Numbered from the stretch's first letter, positions 46,421-57,655 are shown. The stretch is DNA of 64,000 nt from Clostridia bacterium (GCA_900768545.1 CAAGDD010000003.1:82097-146096); one strand, 5' to 3'. Numbers and translations are program-made. Notes: generated by a model not told the origin, from the letters alone.

Positions 46421-47503
46421 ATGAAGATAGAAAGCCTAAAAATTCGAAATTTTAGAAATTATGAAAATCTTGACATCAAATTTGACGACAAGGTTAATAT
46501 TTTTATCGGCAAAAACGCTCAAGGAAAAACAAACCTTCTTGAAAGCATTTTTTATTGTTGCATAGGAAAAAGTTTTAAGTCTTGCAAAGACAAAGAGATT
46601 ATCAAATGGGGAGAAGAAAGCGCAACAATCTCGCTTGTTGCAAACAAAAAATATCGCGACACAAAAATTGACATAAATTTGTTTAAAAATCAAAAGAAAT
46701 CAATCTTGATTGACGGCGTTTCAATTCGAAAAATTGGTGAACTTATCGGCGAGATAAATGTTGTGTTTTTCTCTCCGCAAGAACTTCGACTTGTTCGCGA
46801 AAGCCCAGATGAGAGAAGAAAGTTTATGGATATCGATATCTCTCAAAACAATCGAAGATATTTTTATCAACTTTCTCGTTATGAAAAAATTTTGGCAAAT
46901 AGAAACAAACTTTTAAAGACCAGTCAAACTTTTGATGCGGTGAAAGAAACTATCGATATTTGGGATAGGGCACTTATTGCCAGCGCAAAATATATTGCGT
47001 TTGAAAGAAAAAAATTTATTGAAGAAATCACTCCTTATGCCGAAAAAGCACACGGTTATATCAGTGGAGGCAAAGAAAATTTAAAACTTGTTTATAAATG
47101 TGGCTGCAATGTTGCACTCGACGAAAAGTTTGACGAAAATATGGACAAACTTTTGAAGAAAAATCTTGAAAAAGATTTTAGACTTGGTTACACGTCTGTC
47201 GGCGTTCATCGCGACGATATTGACATTTATTTAAACGATGTTGAAGTTAAATCTTTTGGTTCTCAAGGACAACAACGCACTGTGGCATTGTCACTCAAAC
47301 TTGCCGAACTTGAAAATATGTTCAACATAAATGGCGAATATCCAATCTTGCTTTTGGACGACGTTTTTAGCGAACTTGACCTTGATAGACAAAATCGACT
47401 TTTAAAATTTGTTGGCCGCACTCAAACATTTATCACTTGCACCGATGAGAAAAAGTTGGACGGAAAACTTATTTATATAAAAGACGGAAAAATAATGGCT
47501 TAA
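46421..47503 (+). CDS. recF: DNA replication and repair protein RecF
   Basis: Start moved to ATG 46421, giving MKIESLKIRNFRNY. Walker A GKNAQGKTNLLE; signature FGSQGQQRT; LLLDDVFSELD. Confidence 0.9.
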   Translation: MKIESLKIRNFRNYENLDIKFDDKVNIFIGKNAQGKTNLLESIFYCCIGKSFKSCKDKEIIKWGEESATISLVANKKYRDTKIDINLFKNQKKSILIDGVSIRKIGELIGEINVVFFSPQELRLVRESPDERRKFMDIDISQNNRRYFYQLSRYEKILANRNKLLKTSQTFDAVKETIDIWDRALIASAKYIAFERKKFIEEITPYAEKAHGYISGGKENLKLVYKCGCNVALDEKFDENMDKLLKKNLEKDFRLGYTSVGVHRDDIDIYLNDVEVKSFGSQGQQRTVALSLKLAELENMFNINGEYPILLLDDVFSELDLDRQNRLLKFVGRTQTFITCTDEKKLDGKLIYIKDGKIMA

Positions 47504-47568
47504 TTGAAGAAATAATTGTTGCAATTATGCGTTAAAATAAGTTATAATAAAACAAAGAAGGAGTAGTT

Positions 47569-50500
47569 ATGAATATTTACTTTTTGTATGGTGGAATAGG
47601 CACTTTAGTCTTGGCACTTTTGATCGGTCTTTGCACAGGCCTTGTTCGTGGGCTTAAAAGGTCTTCACTCCACCTTTTGTTTTTTGTAGGCAGCGTGATT
47701 TTGGCTTACTTTATCACAAAACCTATCACAAATGCAATTTTAGGAATCAAGATTGCTCCAGACGGAACAGAGATGACTATAAGCGAATATATTATCACTT
47801 TGGTCGAACAAAATTTTGACTTAACTGGTCTTGAGTCAGCCAAAGAATTTTTAACAAAACTTCCAAACGCGATCGCTTCACCAATTTTGTTTATTGTTTT
47901 GATTTCTCTTTGTTATTTTGTTTTGGATATTATTTATCTTATTGTTGCAAGAGTTGCTTTTGGAAAGAAAAAGGAAGACTTTCAAAAAAACAAGCCACGC
48001 CGTGCTTATGGCGCTGTGATTGGAACACTTGAAGCCTTGCTTTTCACATTTATCACTTTTGCTCCGCTTACATCACTTACAAAAACTTATCAAACAATCT
48101 GTGAATATTCAGCCGAACAAACTCAAGAAACTGAAGGCGCAAATGTTATTCTTTTGGAAGAAGGAACAGAACCCCCAGCTGAAGGACCTAAAAAAATGGA
48201 CAGCGTTGGCACAAAAATCAAATCGCTACTTCCAAAAGGAGTTCACGAAGCCATTTTGGCTTACAACAAATGCGTTATTGGAAAAATGTCAGGCGCGGGC
48301 GGATTTGGAAATGTTTTGTTTGATGGACTTTCAAACTTTGAAATGGACGGCGAGAAAGTTCAGTTTAGAAAAGAAGTAATCACTCTTACAAGCACTTATG
48401 ACGATTTTGTTATCATTTACAACAAAATTCAAGATAAAGATTATCAAAACATCGACTTTACAAACTTGAAAGCAAATGTAGAAAAATTTGTTGATGACGG
48501 ACTTTTCAAATCACTTGTTGCAAACACAGTTAAAGAATTTGTTTTAAATTTTAATGATCTCAAAATTGACTTGTCATCTATGCCTAATATCATAAAAGAT
48601 TATGTAAGCGATTTGAAAGTTGTGTTCTCAAAAGAAGACTTCGACCCAGCCGCATATTTGAAACACGATATTATTGATCTTGTTGATGTTTTCGAAACAG
48701 TTGTTAAATCAAATCTTTACAAGGATTTCAAAGCCACTGACACAAAAAAAATTATCAATCTTTTAGAAGTTGTTGACAATCACAGCGCTGACGTCTCAAC
48801 AGTATTGAAAAAAGTGTTTGGACTCAATCTTATTAAAGACGGAGCAAACGCAACAAGCAAGTTTTTGACAGAAAAAATGAAAGGAATTTTTAATAGCGAA
48901 ACAGTTGGCGTAAATCTTGACTCAATCAAAAGCGAAGACGAAAAAAATCAAATGGTCACAGATATGATGAGCACGGTTAAAAAGTTTATTGACCTTGACA
49001 ATTCTATCGTTGACAAAAACAAAATCACAGACAATAAGATCGGGATTGACGGAATTTTAAATCCAGCCGAAGGTGAAAACATTATGGAAACCTTGATGAA
49101 GATCGATGATGTTGACCAAGTTTTGATTAAAGTAGGGAAAACCTTCGACACAGTTAGAAATCTTTCTATCTTAAATCTTCCTGCCACAAGCGAACGCGAA
49201 GCAATCAAAGTCTTTGATGAAATTTTGAAAATCTACAATGTTCAAATCTTGACAAAAGACGGAATCGAATATTATGAAAATGGCACAAAAGAAATTCTCG
49301 ACACTTATGAAAAACTTTTCACAAAGATTGCAAATCCAGTAAAGATCGCAAGCGACTTAAAACTTTTAGACAGCAGCAAAACTTTGGACGATCAGTTGAA
49401 CGAAATTACAAACAAACTTTCGACCGATGAAGACAAAAAACTTTTGAGCGATTTGCTTTTGCCTTTCTATCAACTCGACAGCGTTTCATTCAACACCACA
49501 GAAGCAAACTCAAATCTCAAAACTTTGGTGTTTGACAAAATTGTTGACTCATTGTCTTCAATCAATATGCTTTCTGTTAACAAGGTTAAAACAAATGTTG
49601 AAGCACTCACTACAAAACAAAACAAAGTTGAAATGTGGAACAGCGAACTTTGTTATCTTGGCACAACACTCGACTTGCTCGGCGAAAAGAAAATGGGAAC
49701 AGTAGAAAATCCAATTTCTTATTTGACTTATTTAAGACAACAAGACGCTGATCTTCAAGAAGCGATGAAAGTTATGCTTTCTGACAAAGACGAACAAAAT
49801 GTTACAAGACTTTCAAAAGTTTTGGAAAATGTCATCAAAGCAGATATCTTTGACCAACTCGAAAGTGACGTGTTTGACAAGATTGACTTGTCAATCAAAG
49901 ATGTTACAAAAGTAAAACCTGTCACAGACAGAAGCCGTCTTGGCGAAATTGCTGAAAGAACTAGTGCAATTTCAACAATCGAATCACTTTTGGATATCAC
50001 ATTAAATCAAAATCTCGAATCTATGAAAGACGAAAGTGGTGAATACACTTCACAATATTACTCGACAATCGGCTCACTTTTGGATATCTTAAACAAAAAT
50101 GCAAAAGGCACAGGCGTCACAAATCGCGGCACATTCAACAATATTTTTGCAAACCTTATTTGGTATATGACAAGCGACAATATCAATGGCGCAACATATC
50201 AACCAACTGATTTGCCAAACGAAAATTATATTGATATCAAAGCATTCATTATGAAAAAGACAAACACATCAGTCGGTGGAACTGTTGATTATTATGCTAT
50301 TGAAAATTATAAAGAAATTATGCTCGAACTTAAAGACACACTTGATTTTGCAAACGCGTTGAAAGCCTTTGCTCCTTCTGGATCACTTTCAGACAACGTA
50401 GCTGCTGCGGCCTTTGCCAACGCATTCTTCGAAGGTCTTGACGGATTGAAAAAGAAAGATAACGCTGCTTACACAAATGCAGAAAAAGAAAATTATCTTT

Positions 50501-50694
50501 CAAACTTGATTGCTTTGACAAACGCAAATCCTAATCACAAACTTTTGAGCGACGAAGATAAGACAAATTATAATGATCTTATTTACAAAGCAATCGACAA
50601 TCATTACAATGACAGCACAAAGACCGAAACTTACAATCCTGCAATGAGCGCACTTTTGAAAACATTGTTCAATCTCACAACACCAACAACCTAA
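47569..50694 (+). CDS. large membrane-anchored protein (1041 aa), N-terminal CvpA-like TM region, remainder unknown
   Basis: GAAGGAG RBS. Four predicted N-terminal TM helices, then about 850 aa of D/K/N/L-rich sequence with no motif I recognise. Confidence 0.6.
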   Translation: MNIYFLYGGIGTLVLALLIGLCTGLVRGLKRSSLHLLFFVGSVILAYFITKPITNAILGIKIAPDGTEMTISEYIITLVEQNFDLTGLESAKEFLTKLPNAIASPILFIVLISLCYFVLDIIYLIVARVAFGKKKEDFQKNKPRRAYGAVIGTLEALLFTFITFAPLTSLTKTYQTICEYSAEQTQETEGANVILLEEGTEPPAEGPKKMDSVGTKIKSLLPKGVHEAILAYNKCVIGKMSGAGGFGNVLFDGLSNFEMDGEKVQFRKEVITLTSTYDDFVIIYNKIQDKDYQNIDFTNLKANVEKFVDDGLFKSLVANTVKEFVLNFNDLKIDLSSMPNIIKDYVSDLKVVFSKEDFDPAAYLKHDIIDLVDVFETVVKSNLYKDFKATDTKKIINLLEVVDNHSADVSTVLKKVFGLNLIKDGANATSKFLTEKMKGIFNSETVGVNLDSIKSEDEKNQMVTDMMSTVKKFIDLDNSIVDKNKITDNKIGIDGILNPAEGENIMETLMKIDDVDQVLIKVGKTFDTVRNLSILNLPATSEREAIKVFDEILKIYNVQILTKDGIEYYENGTKEILDTYEKLFTKIANPVKIASDLKLLDSSKTLDDQLNEITNKLSTDEDKKLLSDLLLPFYQLDSVSFNTTEANSNLKTLVFDKIVDSLSSINMLSVNKVKTNVEALTTKQNKVEMWNSELCYLGTTLDLLGEKKMGTVENPISYLTYLRQQDADLQEAMKVMLSDKDEQNVTRLSKVLENVIKADIFDQLESDVFDKIDLSIKDVTKVKPVTDRSRLGEIAERTSAISTIESLLDITLNQNLESMKDESGEYTSQYYSTIGSLLDILNKNAKGTGVTNRGTFNNIFANLIWYMTSDNINGATYQPTDLPNENYIDIKAFIMKKTNTSVGGTVDYYAIENYKEIMLELKDTLDFANALKAFAPSGSLSDNVAAAAFANAFFEGLDGLKKKDNAAYTNAEKENYLSNLIALTNANPNHKLLSDEDKTNYNDLIYKAIDNHYNDSTKTETYNPAMSALLKTLFNLTTPTT

Positions 50695-50802
50695 TTTTCA
50701 AACAAAACAAAGAGTTGAAATGACAAATTTGTCAAATCAACTCTTTTTTGTTGTCAAAAACAAAAATTTTGTGCTAAAATTGATTTATTAAAAGGAAAGA
50801 AA

Positions 50803-51738
50803 ATGGAATTTAAACATATCCCAGTTATGTTAAACGAAGTCATCGATGGGCTCGACATCAAAAAAGACGGAATATATGTTGACTGTACAGTTGGTGGCGG
50901 TGGACATTCTTTTGAAATTGCCAAACGCTTGAAAGGTGGTCATCTTTATGCTTTCGACCGCGACGAAGACGCAATCAAAAAGAGCAGTCAAACGCTTGAA
51001 AAGTTTAAAGATCGTGTGACACTCACAAAAGCAAATTACAAACAAGCGCCAGAGATTTTAAAAAGCCTTGGCGTCGAAAAGATTGATGGATTTTTGATTG
51101 ACTTGGGAGTTAGTTCTTATCAAATTGATGAAGCGGAGCGCGGATTTAGTTTTGTTCACGACGGCAGACTTGATATGCGAATGGATAGAGATGAAGCGGT
51201 CGAAACGGCCTATGACATCGTCAACACTTATTCGGACAAACAACTCGCCCAAATTTTCCGTGATTATGGCGAAGAAGAATTTGCTTGGCAAATCGCAAAA
51301 AATATCGTAAAACACAGAGAAAAAGCGCCGATTGAAACCACTTTTCAACTTCGAGATATCATCGAAGAAAGTATGCCTAAAAAAATTGTCTTTTCTCGTG
51401 GCGGAGCATCAAAAAAGGTGTTTCAAGCACTTCGAATTGAGATAAATGCCGAACTTGAAAAACTCGACACACTTTTAAAACAACTTTTGGATATGTTGAA
51501 TGTCGGCGGACGCGGCTGTGTTTTGACCTTTCACAGTCTCGAAGACCGAATTGTCAAAAATGTTTTCAAACTTGAAAGCACTGGCTGCATTTGCCCACCA
51601 AAAACACCAATCTGCATTTGTGGGCACAAAGCGAGTGTAAAACTTGTTTCGCGAAAGCCAATCGTTGCAAGTGAAGAAGAACAAAAACAAAACAGCCGAA
51701 GCACTTGTGCAAAACTTCGAATTGTAGAAAAACTATAA
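50803..51738 (+). CDS. rsmH: 16S rRNA (cytosine1402-N4)-methyltransferase RsmH
   Basis: HIPVMLNEV, VDCTVGGGGHS, DLGVSSYQID, FHSLEDRIVK motifs. Confidence 0.95.
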   Translation: MEFKHIPVMLNEVIDGLDIKKDGIYVDCTVGGGGHSFEIAKRLKGGHLYAFDRDEDAIKKSSQTLEKFKDRVTLTKANYKQAPEILKSLGVEKIDGFLIDLGVSSYQIDEAERGFSFVHDGRLDMRMDRDEAVETAYDIVNTYSDKQLAQIFRDYGEEEFAWQIAKNIVKHREKAPIETTFQLRDIIEESMPKKIVFSRGGASKKVFQALRIEINAELEKLDTLLKQLLDMLNVGGRGCVLTFHSLEDRIVKNVFKLESTGCICPPKTPICICGHKASVKLVSRKPIVASEEEQKQNSRSTCAKLRIVEKL

Positions 51739-51778
51739 AGCACGAAATCATAAACGAAAGAAAAGGAGCATACAATTT

Positions 51779-52519
51779 ATGGATAGACTTGTTGCTGAAA
51801 AAGAAGTTGAAACGCTTGTTGAAACTCAAGAAGTCACAGCGCCAAAGCAAGTAGAAAACAAAGTTGAAAATACTATGCCAACATTTCAAACAAATTTTGA
51901 CGGCAAGTTTGACCAAAACAATTTTGTTTATCAAACGCAAAAAGTTGAAGAAAAAAAGCCTTTGGACAAAATGGAAGGTGCAAGAATTGAAAGTTATGTT
52001 CAATCTTTTGAAAATGTCACTCTTGGCGATATAAAAAAAGAAAAAGAACAAAAAGAAGCGACCGACTTTTTGTCACAAAAGGACCAACTCATCGAAGAAC
52101 AATACACTCCTTCGCAGCCACAAGAAAATCAAACTATTATTGAAAAACCAAACTATGATTTGATTGAAGAAAATCCAAAAATTGTAAAACTAAAATCAAA
52201 ACAAAAGAAACAAAACAAGCCAAAGAAAAACTTTGGAAAAATTGCTCTTGCGTGCGCACTCGGCGCGTCGGCACTTGTTTGTGTGGTCAACACAGCTCTT
52301 ATCGACAATATGCAAGCGGCGTTTTATGAAATAAATGAAACATACAATGTCAATCTTCGCACATATTTAAAAAATATAGCAAATCTAGATTCGACAAAAA
52401 AGAGTATGGAATTTATTGAAACATATCCCGACGAAAATCTCGACGCGGGCGATGTTGGAAAAAAGACAAACTGGTTTGACAATATTTGCAATTTCATAGG
52501 TGGAATGTTTGGAGGTTAA
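51779..52519 (+). CDS. single-pass membrane protein in the FtsL position (identity uncertain)
   Basis: Lies between rsmH and the PBP gene. One TM helix, FGKIALACALGASALVCVVNTALI, after a long acidic/Q-rich cytoplasmic region. Confidence 0.45.
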   Translation: MDRLVAEKEVETLVETQEVTAPKQVENKVENTMPTFQTNFDGKFDQNNFVYQTQKVEEKKPLDKMEGARIESYVQSFENVTLGDIKKEKEQKEATDFLSQKDQLIEEQYTPSQPQENQTIIEKPNYDLIEENPKIVKLKSKQKKQNKPKKNFGKIALACALGASALVCVVNTALIDNMQAAFYEINETYNVNLRTYLKNIANLDSTKKSMEFIETYPDENLDAGDVGKKTNWFDNICNFIGGMFGG

Positions 52520-52521
52520 CT

Positions 52522-54417
52522 TTGCAAAAGCCTTACACTTTAAAGTCGTTGCAAAAGAGAATAAAAGCGATATTTATTGTTTTGATATTTCTCTTTTGTA
52601 GCCTTGGTGTAAGGCTTTTTGTTGTTCAAATTATTCAAGGAAAATCGCTCCAACAAAAAGCGATAGACCAGTGGACTCGCGATTTAAAACTCACAGCCCC
52701 ACGCGGAACAATTTACGACACCACTGGCGATACGCTGGCGGTCAGTTACACCACTTATGATGTTTATGTGCGCGGAAGAGAAGTCAAAGACACCGAAAAA
52801 ACTGCTCAATTTTTGGCAAATCTTTTGAATCTCGACCCAGCCAAAACGCTTGAAAAAGTGTCAAAGAAAAATATTTCGGAAGTGCTTTTGAAAATGCAAG
52901 TCAAAGACGATGTCGCCGAAGAGATTTACAAAGCTAAACTTGACGGAGTTTATCTTGCTGAAAATGTGGGTAGATATTATGTTTATGGAAATATGCTCAC
53001 ACAACTTTTAGGCTTTATTTCTGCCGACAATGTTGGGCAAGCGGGACTTGAAGCATATCTTGACAAATACTTGGTCGGGCAAGACGGATATAGTTATGTT
53101 CAAAGCGATTTACAAGGCAAAGAGATTGGTGGGAAAATTCGATATTATGTCAGCGGCACTGCTGGCTGCAATGTGAAACTTACAGTCAATTCAAAAATTC
53201 AAATTTTGCTGGAACAAGTTTTAAATCAAGCATGCACAGATCAAAAAGCAAAGGCCGTGACGGGGATTGTTATGAACGCCAAGACAAGCGAAATTTTGGC
53301 AATGTCTTCAAAGCCAAGTTTTGACCTTAACGATGTGCCAAGAGATGACCTTAAAACTTTGTTTGAACAGTCAAAAATGAAGGCGGTCACCGACACTTAT
53401 GAGCCGGGTTCGACTTTCAAAATTTTGACAATTGCCGCCGCTCTTGAAGAAGGTGTCACAACACTAAACGATCGTTTTTATTGTCCGGGTTATCGGGTGA
53501 TTGATGGGCAGAGAATCAAATGTTGGCGCAGTATCGGCCATGGAAGCCAGACGCTCACCGAAGCGTTTGCAAACTCGTGCAACTGCTGCTTTATGGATCT
53601 TGCGTTGCGTTTGGGCGTTGACAAGTTTTATTCTTATATGGAAAAATTTGGGCTCGGCCACAAAACAAACATCACGATCAAAGGCGAAAGCGGCGGAATT
53701 GTTATGCCAAAGAAAAATGTCAAAACTGTTGACCTTGCGAGAATGGGCTTTGGCCACGCGATCGCGGTCACTCCAATCCAACTTTTGTCGATTGTCGCTG
53801 GAATAACTGGCGGCGGTGTTTGGAAAACTCCAACTTTCATCGAAGGGGTTTATGACCAAAACGGGAACAATGTTTATCAAAGTGATTTAAAAAGTCGCCG
53901 AATTTTGTCACAACAAACAAGCGACACGGTCAATATGCTTTTGCAAAAAGCCGAAAACAAAAATGCTGATTATTCATTTGTTGAAGGTTACAATGTGGGC
54001 GGCAAAACAGGAACGGCGCAAAAATATGACGAAAAAGGGCGCATTGCAAGCGGAAAATATATTTCAAGTTTTATCGGCACATATCCGGCAAACAATCCTG
54101 ACTATTTGTTTATGATTATGGTCGATGAGCCGAGTGCGGGAGCGTATTATGGTGCACTTGTTGCCGCGCCTTATGGGAAGCAGTTTTTTAGTGAACTTTT
54201 TAAGTTTTATGATATGCCAAAAGACGACCAAAGTATCGTTTTAGAAGAAGTCGAAATGCCAGATGTTGAAGGGGTGTCGCTAACCGACGCGATAGTTTTG
54301 TTGCACAAAATCGGCATTGATTATGAAATTGACGGAAGCGGCGGTGTGATTTTGAAACAACTTCCGCCAGTTGGCACAAAACTTCACAAGGGTGACACAA
54401 TTCTTTTGATAACCTAA
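52522..54417 (+). CDS. class B penicillin-binding protein (FtsI/SpoVD-like) with C-terminal PASTA domain
   Basis: Start set to TTG 52522 (GGAGG 6 nt upstream, inside the end of the previous gene). Transpeptidase motifs STFK, SNC (SxN) and KTGT; PASTA-like tail. Confidence 0.85.
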   Translation: MQKPYTLKSLQKRIKAIFIVLIFLFCSLGVRLFVVQIIQGKSLQQKAIDQWTRDLKLTAPRGTIYDTTGDTLAVSYTTYDVYVRGREVKDTEKTAQFLANLLNLDPAKTLEKVSKKNISEVLLKMQVKDDVAEEIYKAKLDGVYLAENVGRYYVYGNMLTQLLGFISADNVGQAGLEAYLDKYLVGQDGYSYVQSDLQGKEIGGKIRYYVSGTAGCNVKLTVNSKIQILLEQVLNQACTDQKAKAVTGIVMNAKTSEILAMSSKPSFDLNDVPRDDLKTLFEQSKMKAVTDTYEPGSTFKILTIAAALEEGVTTLNDRFYCPGYRVIDGQRIKCWRSIGHGSQTLTEAFANSCNCCFMDLALRLGVDKFYSYMEKFGLGHKTNITIKGESGGIVMPKKNVKTVDLARMGFGHAIAVTPIQLLSIVAGITGGGVWKTPTFIEGVYDQNGNNVYQSDLKSRRILSQQTSDTVNMLLQKAENKNADYSFVEGYNVGGKTGTAQKYDEKGRIASGKYISSFIGTYPANNPDYLFMIMVDEPSAGAYYGALVAAPYGKQFFSELFKFYDMPKDDQSIVLEEVEMPDVEGVSLTDAIVLLHKIGIDYEIDGSGGVILKQLPPVGTKLHKGDTILLIT

Positions 54418-54472
54418 TCAAAAAAACTTTCAATCTGTTGATTATTTTCAAAAAAAAGTTTATAATCGTTTT

Positions 54473-55201
54473 ATGTGGATTTATATTGCTTTGGGCTTAA
54501 CTGGTGGATTTGTTTTGCTATTGTGCCTTTGTTTGGCGGTGGCAAACTTTTCCTACGAAAATTTTAAAGAAAAATACACAAATCTTGACCGATATCAAAA
54601 CTCTAATGGCATAACCACCTTGCAATATGTCAAACAAATCAATCAAAACAATTTCAATTCAAAAATCGCGATTGAAAGTTGCGGGCAATTTCAAGACTGT
54701 TATTATAGCGGGCGCGTCGCTTTGAGCGGGCAGACAATGCAATCAAACTCGCTTGCGTCACTTTCGATTGTATCGCACGAATTGGGTCACGCAAGACAAG
54801 ATTTTTCAGGGGATACTTTGAAAAAACATATTTCTATGCGTCGCGCAGGACGCTTTTGTGGAATGTTTTTTATGCCGCTTATGATTGTCGGAGCGATAAT
54901 GTGTTTGCTGTTTGTTTTCGGCGTTCTGCCACAAAAAATCGTGCTTTATTGTGGAATTGTTGCATTGGCACTTGCGCTGATTATATTTTTGTTTGCAATA
55001 ATATTGAAATACAAAGAAATCAAAATTGAAAGACAGGCGTCAGACTTTGCGGTCGAGTTTTTGGCTGAAATCTTGACGGCTGGCGAAGTGAAAATGTGTA
55101 AAGATTTTTTGGATAGTGCAAGACTGACTTATTGGGGCGGTTTGTTTAGAACGATGTTCGGCTGGACATTTCTCACTCAAAAAGACAAAATGTTTAAATA
55201 A
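54473..55201 (+). CDS. membrane zinc metallopeptidase (YugP/Zn_peptidase_2-like)
   Basis: HELGHARQD zinc motif; N- and C-terminal TM helices. Confidence 0.65.
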   Translation: MWIYIALGLTGGFVLLLCLCLAVANFSYENFKEKYTNLDRYQNSNGITTLQYVKQINQNNFNSKIAIESCGQFQDCYYSGRVALSGQTMQSNSLASLSIVSHELGHARQDFSGDTLKKHISMRRAGRFCGMFFMPLMIVGAIMCLLFVFGVLPQKIVLYCGIVALALALIIFLFAIILKYKEIKIERQASDFAVEFLAEILTAGEVKMCKDFLDSARLTYWGGLFRTMFGWTFLTQKDKMFK

Positions 55202-55229
55202 AAAAGGAGCAAAAATGTGCTCCTTTTTC

Positions 55230-55433
55230 TTATCTATCGTTGTCGATTGTGTTGTCGCTGCAATCGGCATTTTTGCAAACATAACTTTTGCAAAAGTGTG
55301 GAGTTTCTCCGTCTGGCAAAAAGCTTTTTGAGCCAGTTGAAACTTCGATTTGTTCTTTGTTGCAGTCGCAACCCTTTTCATTGTAAACGCAGTCGCAAAC
55401 ATTGCAACGGACGCCTTTGTTTGTATCGTTCAT
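55230..55433 (-). CDS. DUF1540-like Cys-rich small protein
   Basis: Start moved to ATG 55433 (GGGAGG upstream). Repeated C.V..C.YN / C.A..I.V pattern: VRCNVCDCVYNEKGCDC...FCKSYVC. Confidence 0.6.
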   Translation of the reverse strand: MNDTNKGVRCNVCDCVYNEKGCDCNKEQIEVSTGSKSFLPDGETPHFCKSYVCKNADCSDNTIDNDR

Positions 55434-55599
55434 AATACCTCCCGATATTAATGTTTGCAAAAAACGTTTTTTTATAAATTAATCATAAAAATTTTTAAAA
55501 AACATATTATAAAATAGATGAAATTGTTGACAAGTTTTGATTTTAAGTATAAAATTAAAGTGTAATAACAATTACAAATCTAAAAAGGAGTGTATAAAA

Positions 55600-55830
55600 A
55601 TGGCTAAGAATACAAGAAAATCAGATTATTTTGGTTTGAGCTACATCGTAAGCCTTATTCTTGCAATTATCCCAGTTACAGCTTGGATTTGCGGAATGAT
55701 CACTAGACTTATGGAAGGAAAAATCGTAGCTTTCATCATTCGTTTGCTTGGTTTGGGTCTTATCATTTGGGTTGTTGACCTTGTTATGATGATCACACAA
55801 AAGCACATTTGGAGATTGTTGAACTGCTAA
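55600..55830 (+). CDS. small membrane protein (76 aa)
   Basis: Start moved to ATG 55600 (AAAGGAG upstream). Two TM helices. Confidence 0.55.
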   Translation: MAKNTRKSDYFGLSYIVSLILAIIPVTAWICGMITRLMEGKIVAFIIRLLGLGLIIWVVDLVMMITQKHIWRLLNC

Positions 55831-55941
55831 TGTCAAACAAGAAAACACTTCGCTTTTGCGGAGTGTTTTTTTATCACAATGAAAGTTAAACATAATTATA
55901 AACAAAACAAAAAAAACTGACATTTCTGTCAGTTTTTTTTA

Positions 55942-57342
55942 TTAAAATTTGATTTTATCTTCAACATATTTAGCCACATCTGCGATAGGAATTCTTTCTT
56001 GTGCCATGCTGTCGCGTTCACGAACTGTTACACAGCAATCTTCCAAGGTGTCAAAGTCGATTGTGACGCAAAAAGGCGTTCCAATTTCATCTTGACGACG
56101 ATAACGCTTCCCGATTGAGCCAGCTTCATCATAAGTGCAAGAGAAATGTTTGATAAGGTCGCCATAAACTTCGTCAGCCTTGTCGCTCAATTTTTTAGAA
56201 AGTGGCAAAATTGCAACTTTGTAAGGAGCAAGGTGTGGAGCGAGTTTCAAAACAACTCTTGTGTCGTTTTCACCGACTTCTTCTTCGTGATAAGCATCAC
56301 AAAGCACGGTCAAAAACATTCTGTCAACGCCCAAAGAAGGTTCGATAACATAAGGAATATATTTTTCACCAGTCACTGGGTCTGTGTATTCAAGATTTTC
56401 TTTTGATTCGTTTGCGTGTTGTTTAAGGTCGTAGTCTGTGCGGTCAGCGACGCCCCAAAGTTCTCCCCAGCCGAATGGGAACAAATATTCAAAGTCAGTT
56501 GTTGCTTTTGAATAGAAGCAAAGTTCGTCTTTTGAGTGGTCGCGAAGTCTTAAATGTTCTTCTTTAATGCCCATTGACAAAAGCCAGTTTTTGCAGAAAC
56601 TTCTCCAATAGTTAAACCATTCAAGGTCTGTGCCAGGTTCGCAGAAAAATTCAAGTTCCATTTGTTCAAATTCTCTTGTTCTAAAAATGAAGTTTCCTGG
56701 GGTGATTTCGTTTCTAAATGATTTTCCAATTTGACCAACGCCGAGAGGCATTCTACTGCGGGTTGTTCTCAGAAGATTTTTAAAGTTTACAAAAATTCCT
56801 TGTGCTGTTTCTGGACGAAGATAAAGTGTGTTTGCGCTTTCTTCTGTTACACCTTGAAAAGTCTTAAACATCAAGTTAAACTTTCGAATAGGTGTGAAGT
56901 CACTCTTTCCGCAGATAGGGCACTTAACATGATTTTCGGCAATAAACTTTTCCATTTTTTCATTGTCAGTTTCCCAGCCGGCAGTGTTTATGTCGAGATT
57001 TTTTTCTTTGATATAGTTTTCAATAAGTTGATCGGCTCTGTGACGAGATTTGCAGGCTTTGCAGTCCATAAGTGGGTCTGAGAATCCGCCAAGGTGACCA
57101 GACGCTTTCCAAACGCGAGGGTTCATCAAAATCGCACTGTCAAGTCCGACGTTGTATTTGCATTCTGTAACAAACTTTTGCCACCAAGATTTTTTGATAT
57201 TGTTTTTAAGTTCAACGCCCAAAGGACCATAATCCCAAGCGTTTGCAAGTCCGTCGTAAATTTCACTTCCGGCAAAAACAAATCCGCGATTTTTGCAAAG
57301 AGCGACAAGTTTATCCATTGTTAATTGTTGTTTTTCTTCCAT
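55942..57342 (-). CDS. glyQS: glycine--tRNA ligase (homodimeric GlyQS type)
   Basis: [24 protein letters not shown], class II motifs, C-terminal anticodon-binding domain. Preceded by a Gly T-box. Confidence 0.95.
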   Translation of the reverse strand: MEEKQQLTMDKLVALCKNRGFVFAGSEIYDGLANAWDYGPLGVELKNNIKKSWWQKFVTECKYNVGLDSAILMNPRVWKASGHLGGFSDPLMDCKACKSRHRADQLIENYIKEKNLDINTAGWETDNEKMEKFIAENHVKCPICGKSDFTPIRKFNLMFKTFQGVTEESANTLYLRPETAQGIFVNFKNLLRTTRSRMPLGVGQIGKSFRNEITPGNFIFRTREFEQMELEFFCEPGTDLEWFNYWRSFCKNWLLSMGIKEEHLRLRDHSKDELCFYSKATTDFEYLFPFGWGELWGVADRTDYDLKQHANESKENLEYTDPVTGEKYIPYVIEPSLGVDRMFLTVLCDAYHEEEVGENDTRVVLKLAPHLAPYKVAILPLSKKLSDKADEVYGDLIKHFSCTYDEAGSIGKRYRRQDEIGTPFCVTIDFDTLEDCCVTVRERDSMAQERIPIADVAKYVEDKIKF

Positions 57343-57520
57343 AAAATTCTCCTTTTTGTTTTGGCAAATTGGTTAATAAAAAATCCCTATGTCAAGAATT
57401 GGCATAGGGGCGACTTCAAAACCGCTGTTCCACCCTATTTCACAAGCAAACGCTTGCCTTTTTAAGGTCGTTTCGCTGACCGCGCGAAAGCTACGGAGTT
57501 TCCAATTCCATCAAACACTT
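57343..57520 (-). promoter_or_regulatory. T-box leader (glycine, GGC specifier) with terminator; promoter TTGACA-17-TATAAT at 57527-57555
   Basis: The minus strand has CCUUAAAAAGGCAAG (specifier GGC followed by A, as in glyQS leaders). T-box sequence AAUAGGGUGGAACAGCGG. Terminator CCCCTATGCC..CATAGGGA followed by T6. Confidence 0.85.
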
Positions 57521-57655
57521 TTCTTTATTATATTTCAACTTCAAAAAAATGTCAACAAAACGACAAAAATTGAACGATAATTTTGTTTAAAATACACCAA
57601 ATCATTCTTGACAACAAAAAAATTGTGTGATATCATAATATTAGAGAGGAAAAAT

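Noticed and set aside
52486-52521. The track start (TTG 52486) of the PBP gene, overlapping the previous gene by 34 nt.
   Set aside because: A TTG at 52522 sits 6 nt after a GGAGG and directly after the upstream stop codon. The extra 12 residues (MQFHRWNVWRLT) are not PBP-like.
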